A stretch of 63,667 bases of DNA, the filler included, from Octopus bimaculoides (taxonomy: Eukaryota), in the NCBI RefSeq assembly GCF_001194135.2. It is 7 parts of 6 records of this genome, joined end to end, with 100 filler letters (N's around TTAATTAATTAA, not from the genome) between each part and the next. Parts side by side here need not be neighbours in the genome. Positions count along the whole stretch, not along the records: positions 1 to 27,836 come from NC_068982.1; positions 27,937 to 34,101 come from NC_068993.1; positions 34,202 to 50,640 come from NC_068988.1; 4 more parts are not named here. The stretch is one strand, 5' to 3'. The notes under the pieces are model-generated. The model was not told the origin of the DNA. It saw nothing but the letters and a program-made list of their open reading frames with translations, and searched no databases. Both the position numbers and the translations under genes were made by a program. Of the stretch, positions 24,860-37,360 are shown one piece after another (the first letter of the stretch is position 1; the number at the start of each line of letters is the position of its first letter).

Positions 24860-27836
24860 GTTACTGTTTTGGTATTGTTACAAAACACGTGCTGCTATTA
24901 GCAGATTTGTTTTTCAGGATATTCCCCCTTTTAAAGGGGCGAACCTTTTATTTTTGGTTATTTTTGGGGAAAAAATGAGCTCAGAAAACGCCCACCAAAG
25001 AGAACTTCCTGAATTATTGGAAATATTCCCGGAGTTACCGAATACCAAAGTAAAAGATAATGTACAAATGAAGACAGGACTACCAGAAAAAAAAAATAAT
25101 AACGTAAATTTCGCAGCAGTAGCTACCATTGATAGCGAAAGTATAAACATAAAAATCAACGAACTGGATAAATACAAATGCTTCCTACAAAAGAAGGGGA
25201 ACAAATGTAAAGCTGACGCCACCAGGCGATGTTACACACTACAAAAAAGAGGACAATAATTTATAAGATATTTTCGGTGAAAACAAAAAAAAATGGACAT
25301 GGCTTCTAAGGAAGCAATAGAGAAATGCCTCGGGCTTATCTGGTAAGAGACAACGTATGTGGCGAGAGGCAAAAAATTCGCGACCGTTGAAGTCCGGTTT
25401 CAAACAGAGGAGAATGCAAGGCAACACTCTACCACTTCGTTGAAAACAGCAGACCTGGTCCTCCTACCGACGTACCTTAGAAGACGTACCTCCAAGGTGA
25501 AGATGAGGGAAACTCCTCCAGAGGTGGATTTTGCCTAGTTTGTAGGGGCTATCGTTTTTGGCTTGGAGGATAAAATTACCATCTTCCAAGTTACAAAGTA
25601 CCACCAACACTACTTACAGAGACAGGGACTTGAAATGTTAATTCAAGCTGCCCCCAACGGATTTGGAAGAAATTATAGATCAAATTTTATAGGGGACGAA
25701 ACTACACTGAGGATTATGTAGAAGGATCGCAAGCCCCACTACTATAAGTGTGGTCAGAAGGGTCACATCAGGGCTGAATGCCCACCTTTAGCCACACCCC
25801 CTCCACCCTCTAAACCTCTCCAAGAAAAAACAACACAAAAGAATGAACAACCACCCCCAAAGAAGGAGCCGGAGAAACTAGCCGAGAAATAGCCAGCCAC
25901 CACCCAACTAAGCACCACCTAACCTACCACCACACAACAAGGCTGGCAAACTGTAGCTCCCCCAAAAAGCAGAAAGAGGAAAAATTCCCTCCCACCCCAC
26001 AGACACAAACAAACACACCCCCACAAGCTCACAGGAACCCCAAACTCTCCTCCTACAACCACCCAAAACAATAATAAATCTAACCGCAATAAATGTGAAT
26101 AACACTAAACTCAAAAACAATTCAAAAAATCCCACACGCCAAACCGTACAACACATCAAACAACCCCAACATTTCCATCAAATGTAAAAATATTTTTCAT
26201 GGACAATATAAACACGGCAAATTGAAAACTAAATACACCGAAGACATTGGCCTCCTCCAGAAGAACTTCTCTGCTCATCTGTACAACCATTTCAGAGGGG
26301 GAACCCCTCAAACCACACCACATAACACTATTGAGGAAGAGGGTGTACATGCACCCCTCCTCAAAGAATATAAAAAAAAGAAAAAAGGTTAGTAAACTTT
26401 TTATGTTGTTGCTCGGTGTAGGTTGTATAAATGTACGTGGCCTGGGGTCGGATTGGAAGCAAAGCTGCCTCCTTGAAGACCCCAGGTCGCATAGATTGGA
26501 TTTAGTAGTCACTACTGAAATCAGACTGAATGGACTGCAGGTTTTTTCCCTCCGCCTAAATGGCTATGAGAAATTTATTTCTCCAAGCCAACCAACCTAG
26601 AGGGGGGGGGGTCGCAGTTCTACTCAGGAAAAATCTGGATTTAGAGGTTAGAACTGTCTTTGTAGACCCGGGGAGCAGGTTGGTCGTCCTTGACGTGACG
26701 CACAACAGCGGTAAGTCCTTCAGGTTGGTGGCTGTCTATGCTCCTTGCGGAGCAGAGTAGTCTGATTACTTCAGAAGCCTAGAGAATTTTCTAGGAACGT
26801 CGCACACTTTAGTGTTGTTAGGAGACTTTAACACAATCTGCGATGCACACGTAGATTATGCTGGCTCGAACCCGGATAGGAGGGGAAACCTTTGCTTCAG
26901 CGGTCTGCTAAGTCGTTTTCAGCTGGCTGACCGATACAGACTGGATCACCCGGACGTTCCATTATGGACATGGGCGAATAACGATGGGTCTTTCAGATCT
27001 TATCTAGAAAGGATTATTGTTAGAATTAAAGACAAGAATATAACTAGTTGTCCACATCATATTGTCAACTACAGTGATCACAAATTTGTGACCTGTAAGT
27101 TTGACTTAGATAATATGTGTAGACAGGGACCCGGTTACTGGAAGGTAACCAGGTCACTTTTGGCTTGTGAAGCCTACATGAACCGGATCAGGCAATTAGT
27201 GATGAAGGTATTAACAGGTACTGTTATTAACAACAAATGATGGTAAGCCCTCAAAAGAGCCATTGAATTTGGGTCAATTAGATTTAGTAAGGAACTCGTC
27301 AGTAATAGAAATAGAATAGAAAGGGTTTTTAGTTAAGGCTCTAGAAGAGGCAATGAGGTCAAGCTCTGCATCCAGAGTTTTAGCTACAAGGTTGGCACTC
27401 GACCAACATCTCAAAACTAAACATGAAGGATGCATTGTCAGGGCTAAGTTACGTGCAATGGGACAAGAGGGAATCAACGTTGCCGGATGGGCCCGCGTGT
27501 TAGAGACCCGACGTGGCAATAGTGTCACAATAAGAACTTTGACGGACCAACATGAGCGTTCAGTAAACGAACCCGAGGAGATATGCAAGGTGTTTCACGA
27601 GCATTTCGCCCAGCTTTTCGGGAGGGGCGGTGAATCGGAACGTGAGGAGGACTCGCGGACTTCCTCGCTAGTTTGCCGCGCCTCTCGGGGCAGGAAGTGG
27701 AATGCTGTGAAGGGCCGATCACAACTGTGGAGGTGGAGGAGGCATTGTCGGACTGTGGGAGGACAAGTCGCTAGGACCAGATGGTCTCCCCTACGAACTG
27801 TATTATAGTATGCCAGACTTGTTTGGGCACCTACTA
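24860..27836 (+). mobile_element. L1/Tx1-like LINE, 5' portion (ORF1 and ORF2 APE endonuclease), cut off by the scaffold end
   Basis: ORF1 ATG at 24975 (MSSENAHQ...) with zinc knuckle YKCGQKGHIRAEC near 25745-25785. ORF2 from about 26418: GCINVRGL, GGGVAVLL, LVAVYAP, LLGDFN, WTW, YSDHKFV, GPGYWK. Stops and frameshifts present. Confidence 0.9.
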
Positions 27837-27880
27837 NNNNNNNNNNNNNNNNNNNNNNNNNNNNNNNNNNNNNNNNNNNN

Positions 27881-27892
27881 TTAATTAATTAA
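27881..27892. other. Artificial scaffold-joining spacer TTAATTAATTAA in an N run
   Basis: Identical 12-mer with stops in all six frames, centred in N runs; occurs six times. Confidence 0.95.
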
Positions 27893-27959
27893 NNNNNNNN
27901 NNNNNNNNNNNNNNNNNNNNNNNNNNNNNNNNNNNNATATATATATATATATATATAAA

Positions 27960-29060
27960 TAATGTAAAATGAAAGAAAATAGTTTCTGACAACACAGAAA
28001 GTTTAATAAAACCTTTATATCACAAAGAGAGCCTATCTTCAGAAGAGAAGGGGAGAAAGAGAAAGAGACAGAGAGAGAGGAGAGAAAGAGAGAGACACAA
28101 AGAGAGCCTATCTTCAGAAGAAAAGAACAGTCTAAGAAAAGTCCAGTTATGTAGGATCCATTAATCCATTCAAACTTCCCAGCGTTTATGTAACAGCAGC
28201 AGTCGCTCTCCAAACGTAAGTGTACTTGACGTTCCACGCGTTGGTCTGAACAAACAACAAACACCCAGCTGTTGCTATAAGATACTCACCATTTGTAATA
28301 TGACGGTTCAATATCAGTAGTAGTAGTGGCAGTCACCCTTTAAGTGTTGCCGGCTGTTCGAGTCTTGGTGCAAACAAATCTCGGCTGCTGTCGTAGGCTA
28401 TTCACCATCTATTGGACGCTGTCATAGGTACCACTGGCTCTACTCCGATCCACTGTTAATTTTCGGGTTGATGCAGTGGATCAGCAGAGCTTCTTTTATA
28501 AGTAAATTACCAGTGTTATTCTCAGAGGTTAGTATGGAGGCGTCTATCATCTTGGTGGTATTGCTACATCTGGTCAAGTGTTTGCGGAAGGACGCGTTGG
28601 TGGTGAGCTGCACTAATTCGGACGTGGAGTGGTTGTGTTGTGCTACCGTTGTAATGATTGTCGCATTTGGAGCATCGTATTTGGTATACCAAGCACGTAC
28701 GTAAATACATGACTGAGTCGTGAATGGGGCAGTTCGTTAGGGTGCAGGGCTGTTGTACTGCATGTGACCACCTCGTTGATAGGTGTTTGCGTAGGGACAG
28801 TCCTGAATGGGCCAACCGAATGTTAAGTCCTTCCCTGCGGATAGCCTTATAGATAGCGGAGGTAGTCTTCTCATTGAAGTGGAGAATCTTCAGGAAACAG
28901 GCATTAGAGATTCCGGATTAGAGATTTCGGCTTAAAGGATCCTACATAACTGAACTTCTCTTAGACTGTTCGTTTCTTCTGAAGATGGGCTTTTACGCCC
29001 GAAATATAAAGGTTTTATAAAACATTTCGCATTGTCAGAAGCTGTCTATTCTCTCTCTTT
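27960..29060 (-). mobile_element. 5'-truncated Penelope-like element: GIY-YIG C-terminus, terminal repeat, and an inverted partial terminal repeat
   Basis: LVYQIRCSKCDNHYNGSTTQPLHVRI (ORF 28564-28815), then ..LLIKEALLIHCINPKINS. Segment 28933-29055 is an inverted copy of 27975-28172. Confidence 0.8.
28975..29012 (+). ncRNA. Minimal type I hammerhead ribozyme candidate
   Basis: TCTT-CTGAAGA-T-GGGC ttttac GCCC-GAAA-TATA-AAGG. 4-bp stem I, 4-bp stem II, palindromic ATAT stem III (dimer-type), AUA cleavage triplet. Confidence 0.6.
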
Positions 29061-29149
29061 TTACATTCTTTGATATTACAATGGCTCAAGCGAACTACAA
29101 CACACACACACACACACACGAACACACACATGTGTGTGTGTGTGTGTGT

Positions 29150-29300
29150 ATATTGTTTCAGTCACTCGACTGCGGCGATGCTAAGGCCAGCTACTTATTC
29201 TATGGTTATCTTACGCCGAACCGCTAAGATACGGAACATAAAAAACACTGCAGTGGTTGTCAAGCAGGGTGGAGGACAAACAAAAAGACACACACATATA
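29150..29300 (-). mobile_element. SINE family 2, 3' portion
   Basis: Homologous to 19611-19800. Confidence 0.7.
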
Positions 29301-29321
29301 ATAAAGCCTCGTATATCTAGA

Positions 29322-29359
<38 letters not shown>

Positions 29360-29363
29360 AGAA

Positions 29364-29420
<57 letters not shown>

Positions 29421-29505
29421 GAGGGGGAGAAAGAGAGAGACACAAAGAGAGTGTAATACATACATAATACATACAAACATACATACATACATACATACAT
29501 ACATA

Positions 29506-30795
29506 TTGGGTCATCCTATAAATAATGCGGTTTTTTTATACTTCTTTAATTTGTCAAAATTAAGATAATTTGTTTTTAAATCTAAAATATACTCTGCTTC
29601 ATTTTATACAATGCTCTTCCGTCTATTTGGTTGACGTGCAAGGTCTCTCCTCCAAATTTCACTTGTCCATGATGAAAAATATTCCTCCAGTACTGTTCTA
29701 ACTTCGTCTGCAGAATTCATATTTTTTCCGTCCAAATGATTTTGAAGACTGCAAAATAAATGATAATCAGATGGGGGCAATGTCTGGTGAATATGGTGGG
29801 TGGAGCATCGTTTTCCATTCAAATTGCTCCAGCCTTTGGAATATCATCCTCGCTGTATGTGGTCGAGCATTATCCTGATGGAAGAACACCTTTCATCTTG
29901 AAACCAAAGATGGTCGTTTTCCTTCTAACGCTGACTTAAACCGCTCAAACTGCTCGCAATAGATCTCCTTTGTTATCGTTTGGTTTGAGTTTAAAAGTTC
30001 AAAGTGAACTAAGCTTTTCATATCCCACCAAACAGATAACAACACCTTACGTGGGTGAAAACCTTCTTTAACCTGGAGTAACGGTGTTTCTCCTTTCCCT
30101 GCCCACTCTCTTCAGTGCTTGACATTTTTATAGAGAACCATTTCTAGTCACCAGTCGCTATTCGGTAAAAAAAAAAAAAAAGGCTCATGTGTGAGACGTG
30201 GTAGCAAAGAAGAGCACACATGCACTCTCTACGCGCGATTAAACTCGGAAAGTTTGTGAGGAACCCATTGACCCAATTTGCTGACATTTTCGATGGCCTG
30301 CAGGTGTCGATGAATGGTTGAACGACCAAATCTGAGCTTGTCTGCTAATTCCTCAACAGTTACGCTGGGATTTTGTTCCACCAGGGTTTGCAGGACGTCC
30401 TCGTCGAGCTCTCTAGATCTTCCAGGACGAGATTCGTCTACTAGGCTGTAGTTTCCGGCTCGGAATTTCTGGAACCACCATTGACACTGTCTCACGCTTA
30501 CTGTCCGATCCCCATATACGGCATTAATATCCCTCCTACTTTCCGTTGCGTTTTTGCCTTTATTGAACTCATAAAGCAAAATAATCCAAATATGCTCCTT
30601 TGTCACTTCCATTATAGCTTTGAAAAAATAACTCTTAAAATCGAACTGCATTCTTCGAAACTTGCCCTAAGAATAAGGACAAGGTAAAATTACTACCTGC
30701 TGTTATAGCAAGTTGATGCAGGTAGTTTATCCCGTCCGCCTCCTACTTTTTGTTCATGCAATTGAAAAAATCGCATTATTTATGGGATGACCTAA
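29506..30795 (-). mobile_element. Full-length (1290 bp) mariner DD34D transposon, transposase pseudogenised
   Basis: TIRs of about 30 bp (TTGGGTCATCCTATAAATAATGCG / CGCATTATTTATGGGATGACCTAA), TA on the left. MEVTKEHIW..WFQKFRAGN..WVPHKL, RIATGD*KW, HQDNARPH, HPPYSPDIAPSDYHLF. Confidence 0.95.
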
Positions 30796-30834
30796 GACAG
30801 ACAGACAGACAGGCAGACAAACAGATAGACAGAC

Positions 30835-30883
<49 letters not shown>

Positions 30884-30894
30884 TGTTTGTAAAT

Positions 30895-31060
30895 ATGCGT
30901 GAAAGCGCCTGATGATCGTGGGTTTAATTCTTAGTACTGGATAGTGCGTTGTGCTTTGAGCCAGGCACTTCATTTCTCGTTGCTTCTGTCTACTCTGTTG
31001 TATATGTACACCAGCAATCGACTGGTGTACAGCACCCCCTCTCTCTTCAGCCGTCACAAC
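30895..31060 (+). mobile_element. Degenerate tRNA-derived SINE
   Basis: Homologous to 15925-16088. Confidence 0.5.
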
Positions 31061-32012
31061 CTGAATTTTTCACTAGGTCAACGGCGCGAATACCGACAGG
31101 GTATTAGTTCGTGACTACATGGGTACTTTTGATCAAATCAAATATGTTAACAAGAAAACCACTGGCTGTGTTGTACAATATTACATTCCTTTTATATTTT
31201 GTAATACTCCCCATTTGTTGATGTTATCTAAATAGGTGTATGTGTATCTCCTTCTGTCTCCTCTGACTCGTTTCACAAGTATAATTCGTTGAGGAAACCT
31301 AACACCGTTTGCAAGGACGAATCTGTGACATTTATACTGAAATAAATAAACTCATTGACAAAGAAGCAATAAATATTTCATCATTGGAATGCAGTGTAGT
31401 ATAACAGCTCACTCTACGAAAGGCTATCATCTTGAATACCCAGTCATAAGCAATTTTATCCAAATCGTCAGGACAGCGAGTAAACGTTTCAGTAGGTAAA
31501 TCATATTAATAGTTTACGTCAACTAACCTTCTTTTGCAGTTAACACCAACAGCATGTACTTATTCTCGCTAGGGTAAACCATTTGGCTCGATAATATGCA
31601 GTGCTGGACCTCTTATCCGGTTTCCAGAAATCCGCGATTACTGTGAAACAACGTGCAATATATTGTAATCTATACTGAGTAAACAGATCCTGCTTTTAAA
31701 GTTGGTTAATTTGTATATTGTGTGTTAAAAATAGCACCGTTCTCTACCTATTTTTTTCTTTTTTTAGGTGGATTGATAAAGATTAAACATACTCTGTATT
31801 AATTTATACCTGTATCTGTTAAATAAAATCATGTTCTTTTATTTATTTATTTAATTTTCCTCCTGTAAATGTTATACTGTATATATGGCACAGTATGATA
31901 TATTTTAAGAATTTTAAGTGGATTAATGAATATCAAATAGATGCCGCGTTAGAAGTGTGTTAATTAGAATCTTTATATTTCGTAGTTTATTGTATAATTT
32001 AAGTATACATTT

Positions 32013-32498
<486 letters not shown>

Positions 32499-33351
32499 TT
32501 AGAGGGGAAAGACTGTCTCCGGAAAATCTAGAAATCCAGGACGCACCTGGTATCAAGCTTGCCGAATAAATTGGTCCGGTACTACATTTCTTTCAAACGT
32601 ACTCATTACTTCCGGTCGAACAAACATAACAGCTTAAATGAACTTATGGATTTCACAATTACAGGTTTAAAATATAACAACAGATAGCGGAATAATCTGG
32701 CTGGATAGATTTTTCTTTAATGAGGTCAGAGAATAAACCTTCAAGATCAGTTGTCAGTGACACCGAGTTCAACTTTTAAGCAAAACGAATGTTTGCCTAG
32801 ATAAGGGACACCAAATGTAACGTGTCCAAACAGTAGTCTGGTTGGTAACAAATATGGCGAGATGCATTTGACAAGCGATCGGTCTTTCACTTTGAACTAT
32901 AGATCGCAATAACTAAACAAAATAATTCGCTGAATCTTGCAATAAAAACAAAAACATCTTTTCTGCTAATTATTCTTAGAATTTTGTTTTTAATCTGACT
33001 TCAGCAACAATTCTAGTTATATGTGTGTGTGTATGTATATATATATTTATAAGTTTGGCATGATATATTATCCGGGCGGATACCGTATTAGCTTTCAGTT
33101 AAATTCTAGTTTACGGCTAACCACAACTATCAGTATCTAACGTCTGTGTCTACATTTAATTGTTAATCACTCCGTGTATTCTTCCGATGGGTAATTTTGT
33201 GGGGTTCGAGGGAGGCAAACGGAAGGGCCGCACCGGGCGGCACACTCTAGCTAAGCTAGTGCGTATACTCTCCGCTGGACGGTGAAAATTGTCTGGAATA
33301 TATAATAATATTAATAATAATAAAGAGTATGGAGACTTGTACATCCGCAAA

Positions 33352-34021
33352 ATTTATTTTATAGTTATATACAGCATATTATAATGACCTACACATGTTT
33401 CCGCAGCTCGACAACTCACTGTTGCAAGTGTAATCTTGCAATATTGTCGGTACCGCTTCATCAGGGTCTGTCCATTCGGTCATCCTCGAAGTGAACTGAT
33501 TAAAGTAAATTTTTGTTAGTTAGTGTTCTGAGGGAGATGGGGGTGTTGCTATTCATAGATGTGTCCTGTTGACCTCAACTTCACTTCAGTCGCTGTCTGA
33601 AGTTAGAGCTTGGTCTTAAAATAGGTTAAGGTCGAAATTATTGTTTTGTAAGTCTCTTTGTTCGTTTTTTATAGTTGCGTGTGTTATGTTTTTGATCTCG
33701 AGTATAGTGCTTATATTGAAGGGTTCATGCTTGTTTATATTCATTTTTTGGTTGGAATGTTCATGATTTGTTATACATTGGGTAGCGGTTTTGTTTTCTT
33801 TTTATTAACGATGGTTATTAAACATTTTTATGTTTAGGTTATGTTGTTCTATTTGTTATATCAAGCTCAATTGTTGCTGGGGCGTTGACTACCAATAATT
33901 ATAGTCACACCCCAGCAACAATTTCGATATAACAAAGAGAATAACATAGCCTAAACATAAAAATATTTAATAACCATCACTAATAAAACACATATAGGTC
34001 ATACTGTATATAACTATAAAA
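33352..34021 (-). mobile_element. Penelope-like terminal-repeat remnant with an inverted, internally deleted duplicate (foldback)
   Basis: Hammerhead core at 33386-33468. Arms 33799-33891 and 33902-33988 are inverted. Segment 33985-34021 is an inverted match to 33352-33400. Confidence 0.6.
33386..33468 (-). ncRNA. Type I hammerhead ribozyme candidate with extended stem II
   Basis: Minus strand: GACC-CTGATGA-A-GCGG..CGACAA..TTGCAAG attaca CTTGCAA..TTGTCG..CTGC-G-GAA-ACA TG TGT-A-GGTC. Stem I is GACC/GGTC; GUA cleavage site between 33390 and 33389. Confidence 0.7.
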
Positions 34022-34034
34022 TCATGATCATTAT

Positions 34035-34101
<67 letters not shown>

Positions 34102-34145
34102 NNNNNNNNNNNNNNNNNNNNNNNNNNNNNNNNNNNNNNNNNNNN

Positions 34146-34157
34146 TTAATTAATTAA
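34146..34157. other. Artificial scaffold-joining spacer
   Basis: TTAATTAATTAA in an N run. Confidence 0.95.
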
Positions 34158-34539
34158 NNNNNNNNNNNNNNNNNNNNNNNNNNNNNNNNNNNNNNNNNNN
34201 NTGTGTAACACGTTCGAGTGTATGCGTAATTATTCAATATATGTACTTACTATTTTGTTCCATTTCTTTTTTTATATAGTTTGTAAACTTTCCGGTGTTG
34301 GTTTTGCGTGTGTGATCGCACGTGTTTCACTGAGACATCGTGCATAGGAGGACCTGTACTTTGTATGGCAGTAAAATTTCATTTTTTTTAAATAAAAAAT
34401 ATTTTTTTAAAATTATCTTCGTTAAAAGACTACTTTCTTCAAATCTTCCACCGGTTCTTTTGCCTAATTCCATCGATGTTATTGGATTAGATTTGTTTTT
34501 GTATTATTATTATCATTATTATTGAGTCGTTTCACTTTC

Positions 34540-35367
34540 TTATAAGCGAGAATTTGTAAGAAGGCGTCCTGGAAAGCAAAACAACCCACGTTACACGACG
34601 AAAACAGTGAAGTTTGAGAGTCAGAGTTGGATGCTTTGGAGATACATAAAAAGTGGTGTTTCTAGAAATTTCGTTAAAATTGACGGCAATTTGAATAGTG
34701 CTAAATACATCCAGTTGCTGAGGGAGAATTTGATACCATTCTTGGATTGAAGTGAGATTTTTCAACATGACGGAGTTCCATGTCACAGATCCCATGCAAC
34801 ACAACAGAGTCTGGCTGATAAAAGTTTTAACTTATTGAAAGATTGCCCAGCTCAGAGCCCTGACTTAAATATCGTGGAGCAAATGTGGACAGAACTAAAG
34901 AGAATAGTTCGTCAGATGAATCCACGCAATCCTGAAGAGTTGTGGAAGCTCAACCACAGAGAATGGTATCTCACACCTGTGAAGATGGTGAAGGATTTGT
35001 ATGCATTTCTCCGCAGGCGCATTGAAGCAATTATTCAAGCTAAGAGAAGCTACACGAAATATTAACAATGTACAGTAACTTCTTCAAACGGACATTATGT
35101 AATAAATTTTCACTATAGACATTTTTCTGTTTTAACACACTGTATTTTGATTGGTTGATGTGAGGTGGCCGAAAAGTTTTGCATGGCCATCTTCCCCTCT
35201 CATTCAGAACCACTACTACAAAATATAATGATTAGGTATAGAAATGACTCCAACAGGCTCAATGTTTCATCTGTAAAAAGCACAATGCGAAACATCTACT
35301 TATAAGTTGGTAATTCGTAGAAATTTACAATAGTTTAAAGTGGCCGAAAGACTTTTGCACGGTACTG
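34540..35367 (+). mobile_element. Tc1-family transposon, 3' half with IR-DR-type right end
   Basis: KIDGNLNSAKYIQLL, IFQHDGVPCH, CPAQSPDLNIVE..AIIQAKRSYTKY*. The right end TTTTGCACGGTACTG is followed by TA, and an inner direct repeat GTGGCCGAAAAGTTTTGCA lies near 35165. Confidence 0.85.
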
Positions 35368-35399
<32 letters not shown>

Positions 35400-36569
35400 C
35401 ATGCATGTATGTACGTATGTATGCATGCATGCATGTATCGATGTATGTATAGTAAGTGTACTCTAATTATAATATATCATAAAATTTATTACTGAACATG
35501 CGTATCAGTTCATTACTGTATTTGTTTGTTATTGAATATTTGTATTTGGAAATCTGTACGTATTAGCAATTGGAAATTTCATGCTTTTTGGAAGTGCATT
35601 AGCGACATGACTGGAGTGAAATCATTTCCAATCGATAAAAAATATAAAAAAACAGTTCACAGTTGCTATTCCGTCCCTACTTTCCGCCAGCGAAATTATA
35701 TACAGAAATTCTTTTAGTTACAATGTTAATATTTAAGAACTAGTTTTAAAAGATATCATTTATCATATTACTATTACAGGAATTTTTTTTTTTTTAAACA
35801 CAACTTTAATTACTGTGGTAGTGAAATAACAATTTTATTAGAAATTGAAGAAATACCAGCGGAAATTTATTATATATGAAAGTATATAATATATGAAAGT
35901 ATATAATAGACTGAAAATTAGTAATTGCCTCTCAAATATCAGTTGGTTTTGGAGTGATAACATGTGACTCAGTGCTCTTACATAGTTATTGCATAGGCTT
36001 GCGAGCAATTTGGTAGGACTAGTTGAGTGTCAGCATAGGTGAATTAGATTCTGTCATTTTATGGCTTTTTTTTTAAGTTCAAGTCCAGCAAAGATCGGTC
36101 TTGCCTTTTCTCCTTTTTGTTCGTTCTTTTGGGGTTGGTAAAATAGGAAACGGTCAAGTATTGATGTCGATTCGCACGATTATACTCCTCATACTTAAAA
36201 CTTATTGAAATGACAATATTTAAGAAATTATTAGTATTCTTTCATTATCTTTTAGTGGGAGAGAAAGACCCGTTTCAAGACCTTCGAGAAAGATGAGATG
36301 CAAATGTCCTTAAACTGGAAAAACCGACCCGAATGTTTGCAGCCAACAGAGAATGGATTCTGCTAAAAGCACCCACGGTGATAGTATTAAGCCGGTAGAC
36401 AGGTGAAGTCTAGTAGCCAAGTAGGACAGCGGGATTCGAACTCAGAATAATAAGCCGGAACGAATACTGTCTGTAGTTTTGCTGTTTTGTCAATCCAGCA
36501 ACTTAAATTGTTATATTTTTTTTTACATTTTTATCAATTCTTTTTCATTAACTATTTTTGGTCAAAAAA

Positions 36570-36890
36570 ATGAAAGGAAAAGTAAGCTACGAAGCAGGGC
36601 AAGGGACGACAGTCAAGTGGTTGTAGACGACGGAAGCGATTTCCGCATTCGCCAACTCCGCCCAACTCTTCAGAGACAGCTTCCTCTCTGCCGTTTCAGC
36701 GTGAGACAGGCCACCCAGCTCATCACTTCACACCTAGATGAGGCGTAGACCGAGAAAAGGCGCTTGGCACCTGGAGCGTCGGCAAGCGCCAACAACCCTC
36801 TACCATCCAAGCAATGCGCTCGGAAGAAGTTCCACATTGGAGTTTTAAGAGATTAGTGACAGGGAAGAGAGACGACGTCCTCAGTGAAAT
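36570..36890. mobile_element. L1/Tx1-like ORF2 fragment with an internal inversion
   Basis: 36570-36720 matches 43330-43500 in the same orientation. 36730-36890 matches 42950-43100 in the opposite orientation. Confidence 0.65.
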
Positions 36891-37360
36891 TTGAACTTGG
36901 AACACAGAGAATAGGAACAAATATCATGAAGCACAGCTGTACGACGCGTCAAAGATTCTGTCAACATTGTTGTGAATCAGTGTAAGTAACAATTATCATA
37001 GTAAAGATATTGGAATCAAATATTTCAAAAAGCATTATGAATCGAAATGTACTCAACATTTGCTTTCTTCAAGGCTGCTATTTTAATTAATTTATCAATC
37101 ATTGACGAATGTAGATGTGTCGGAATTAGTTGACAATAATTAAAATGTTGCTTTGGAAAGATTCCTGTCTGAATACTTTGAATGGATTGGAAGCAGAAAT
37201 ATAAAATAAGTGATGAATTTCGAGAACTAAAACATGCTCCGTTACTAATTCAGAGTTGTAACGAAATAAATTCTAAGAATGAATATTCACTAGTGGTTAA
37301 TTTCAGTAACCGACTATAAATTACCCCTAATTCAGTTCTGAAAAAAGGTTGATTTATTTT

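Noticed and set aside
31190-31700. Candidate small exons on either strand (good-looking AG/GT sites)
   Set aside because: I found no combination giving a convincing continuous frame or a recognisable domain; RNA-seq is needed.
32580-32880. Promoter suggested by ACTTCCGG (ETS-like) and AATATGGCG (YY1-like) motifs
   Set aside because: No associated exon or ORF could be identified, and isolated short motifs are insufficient.
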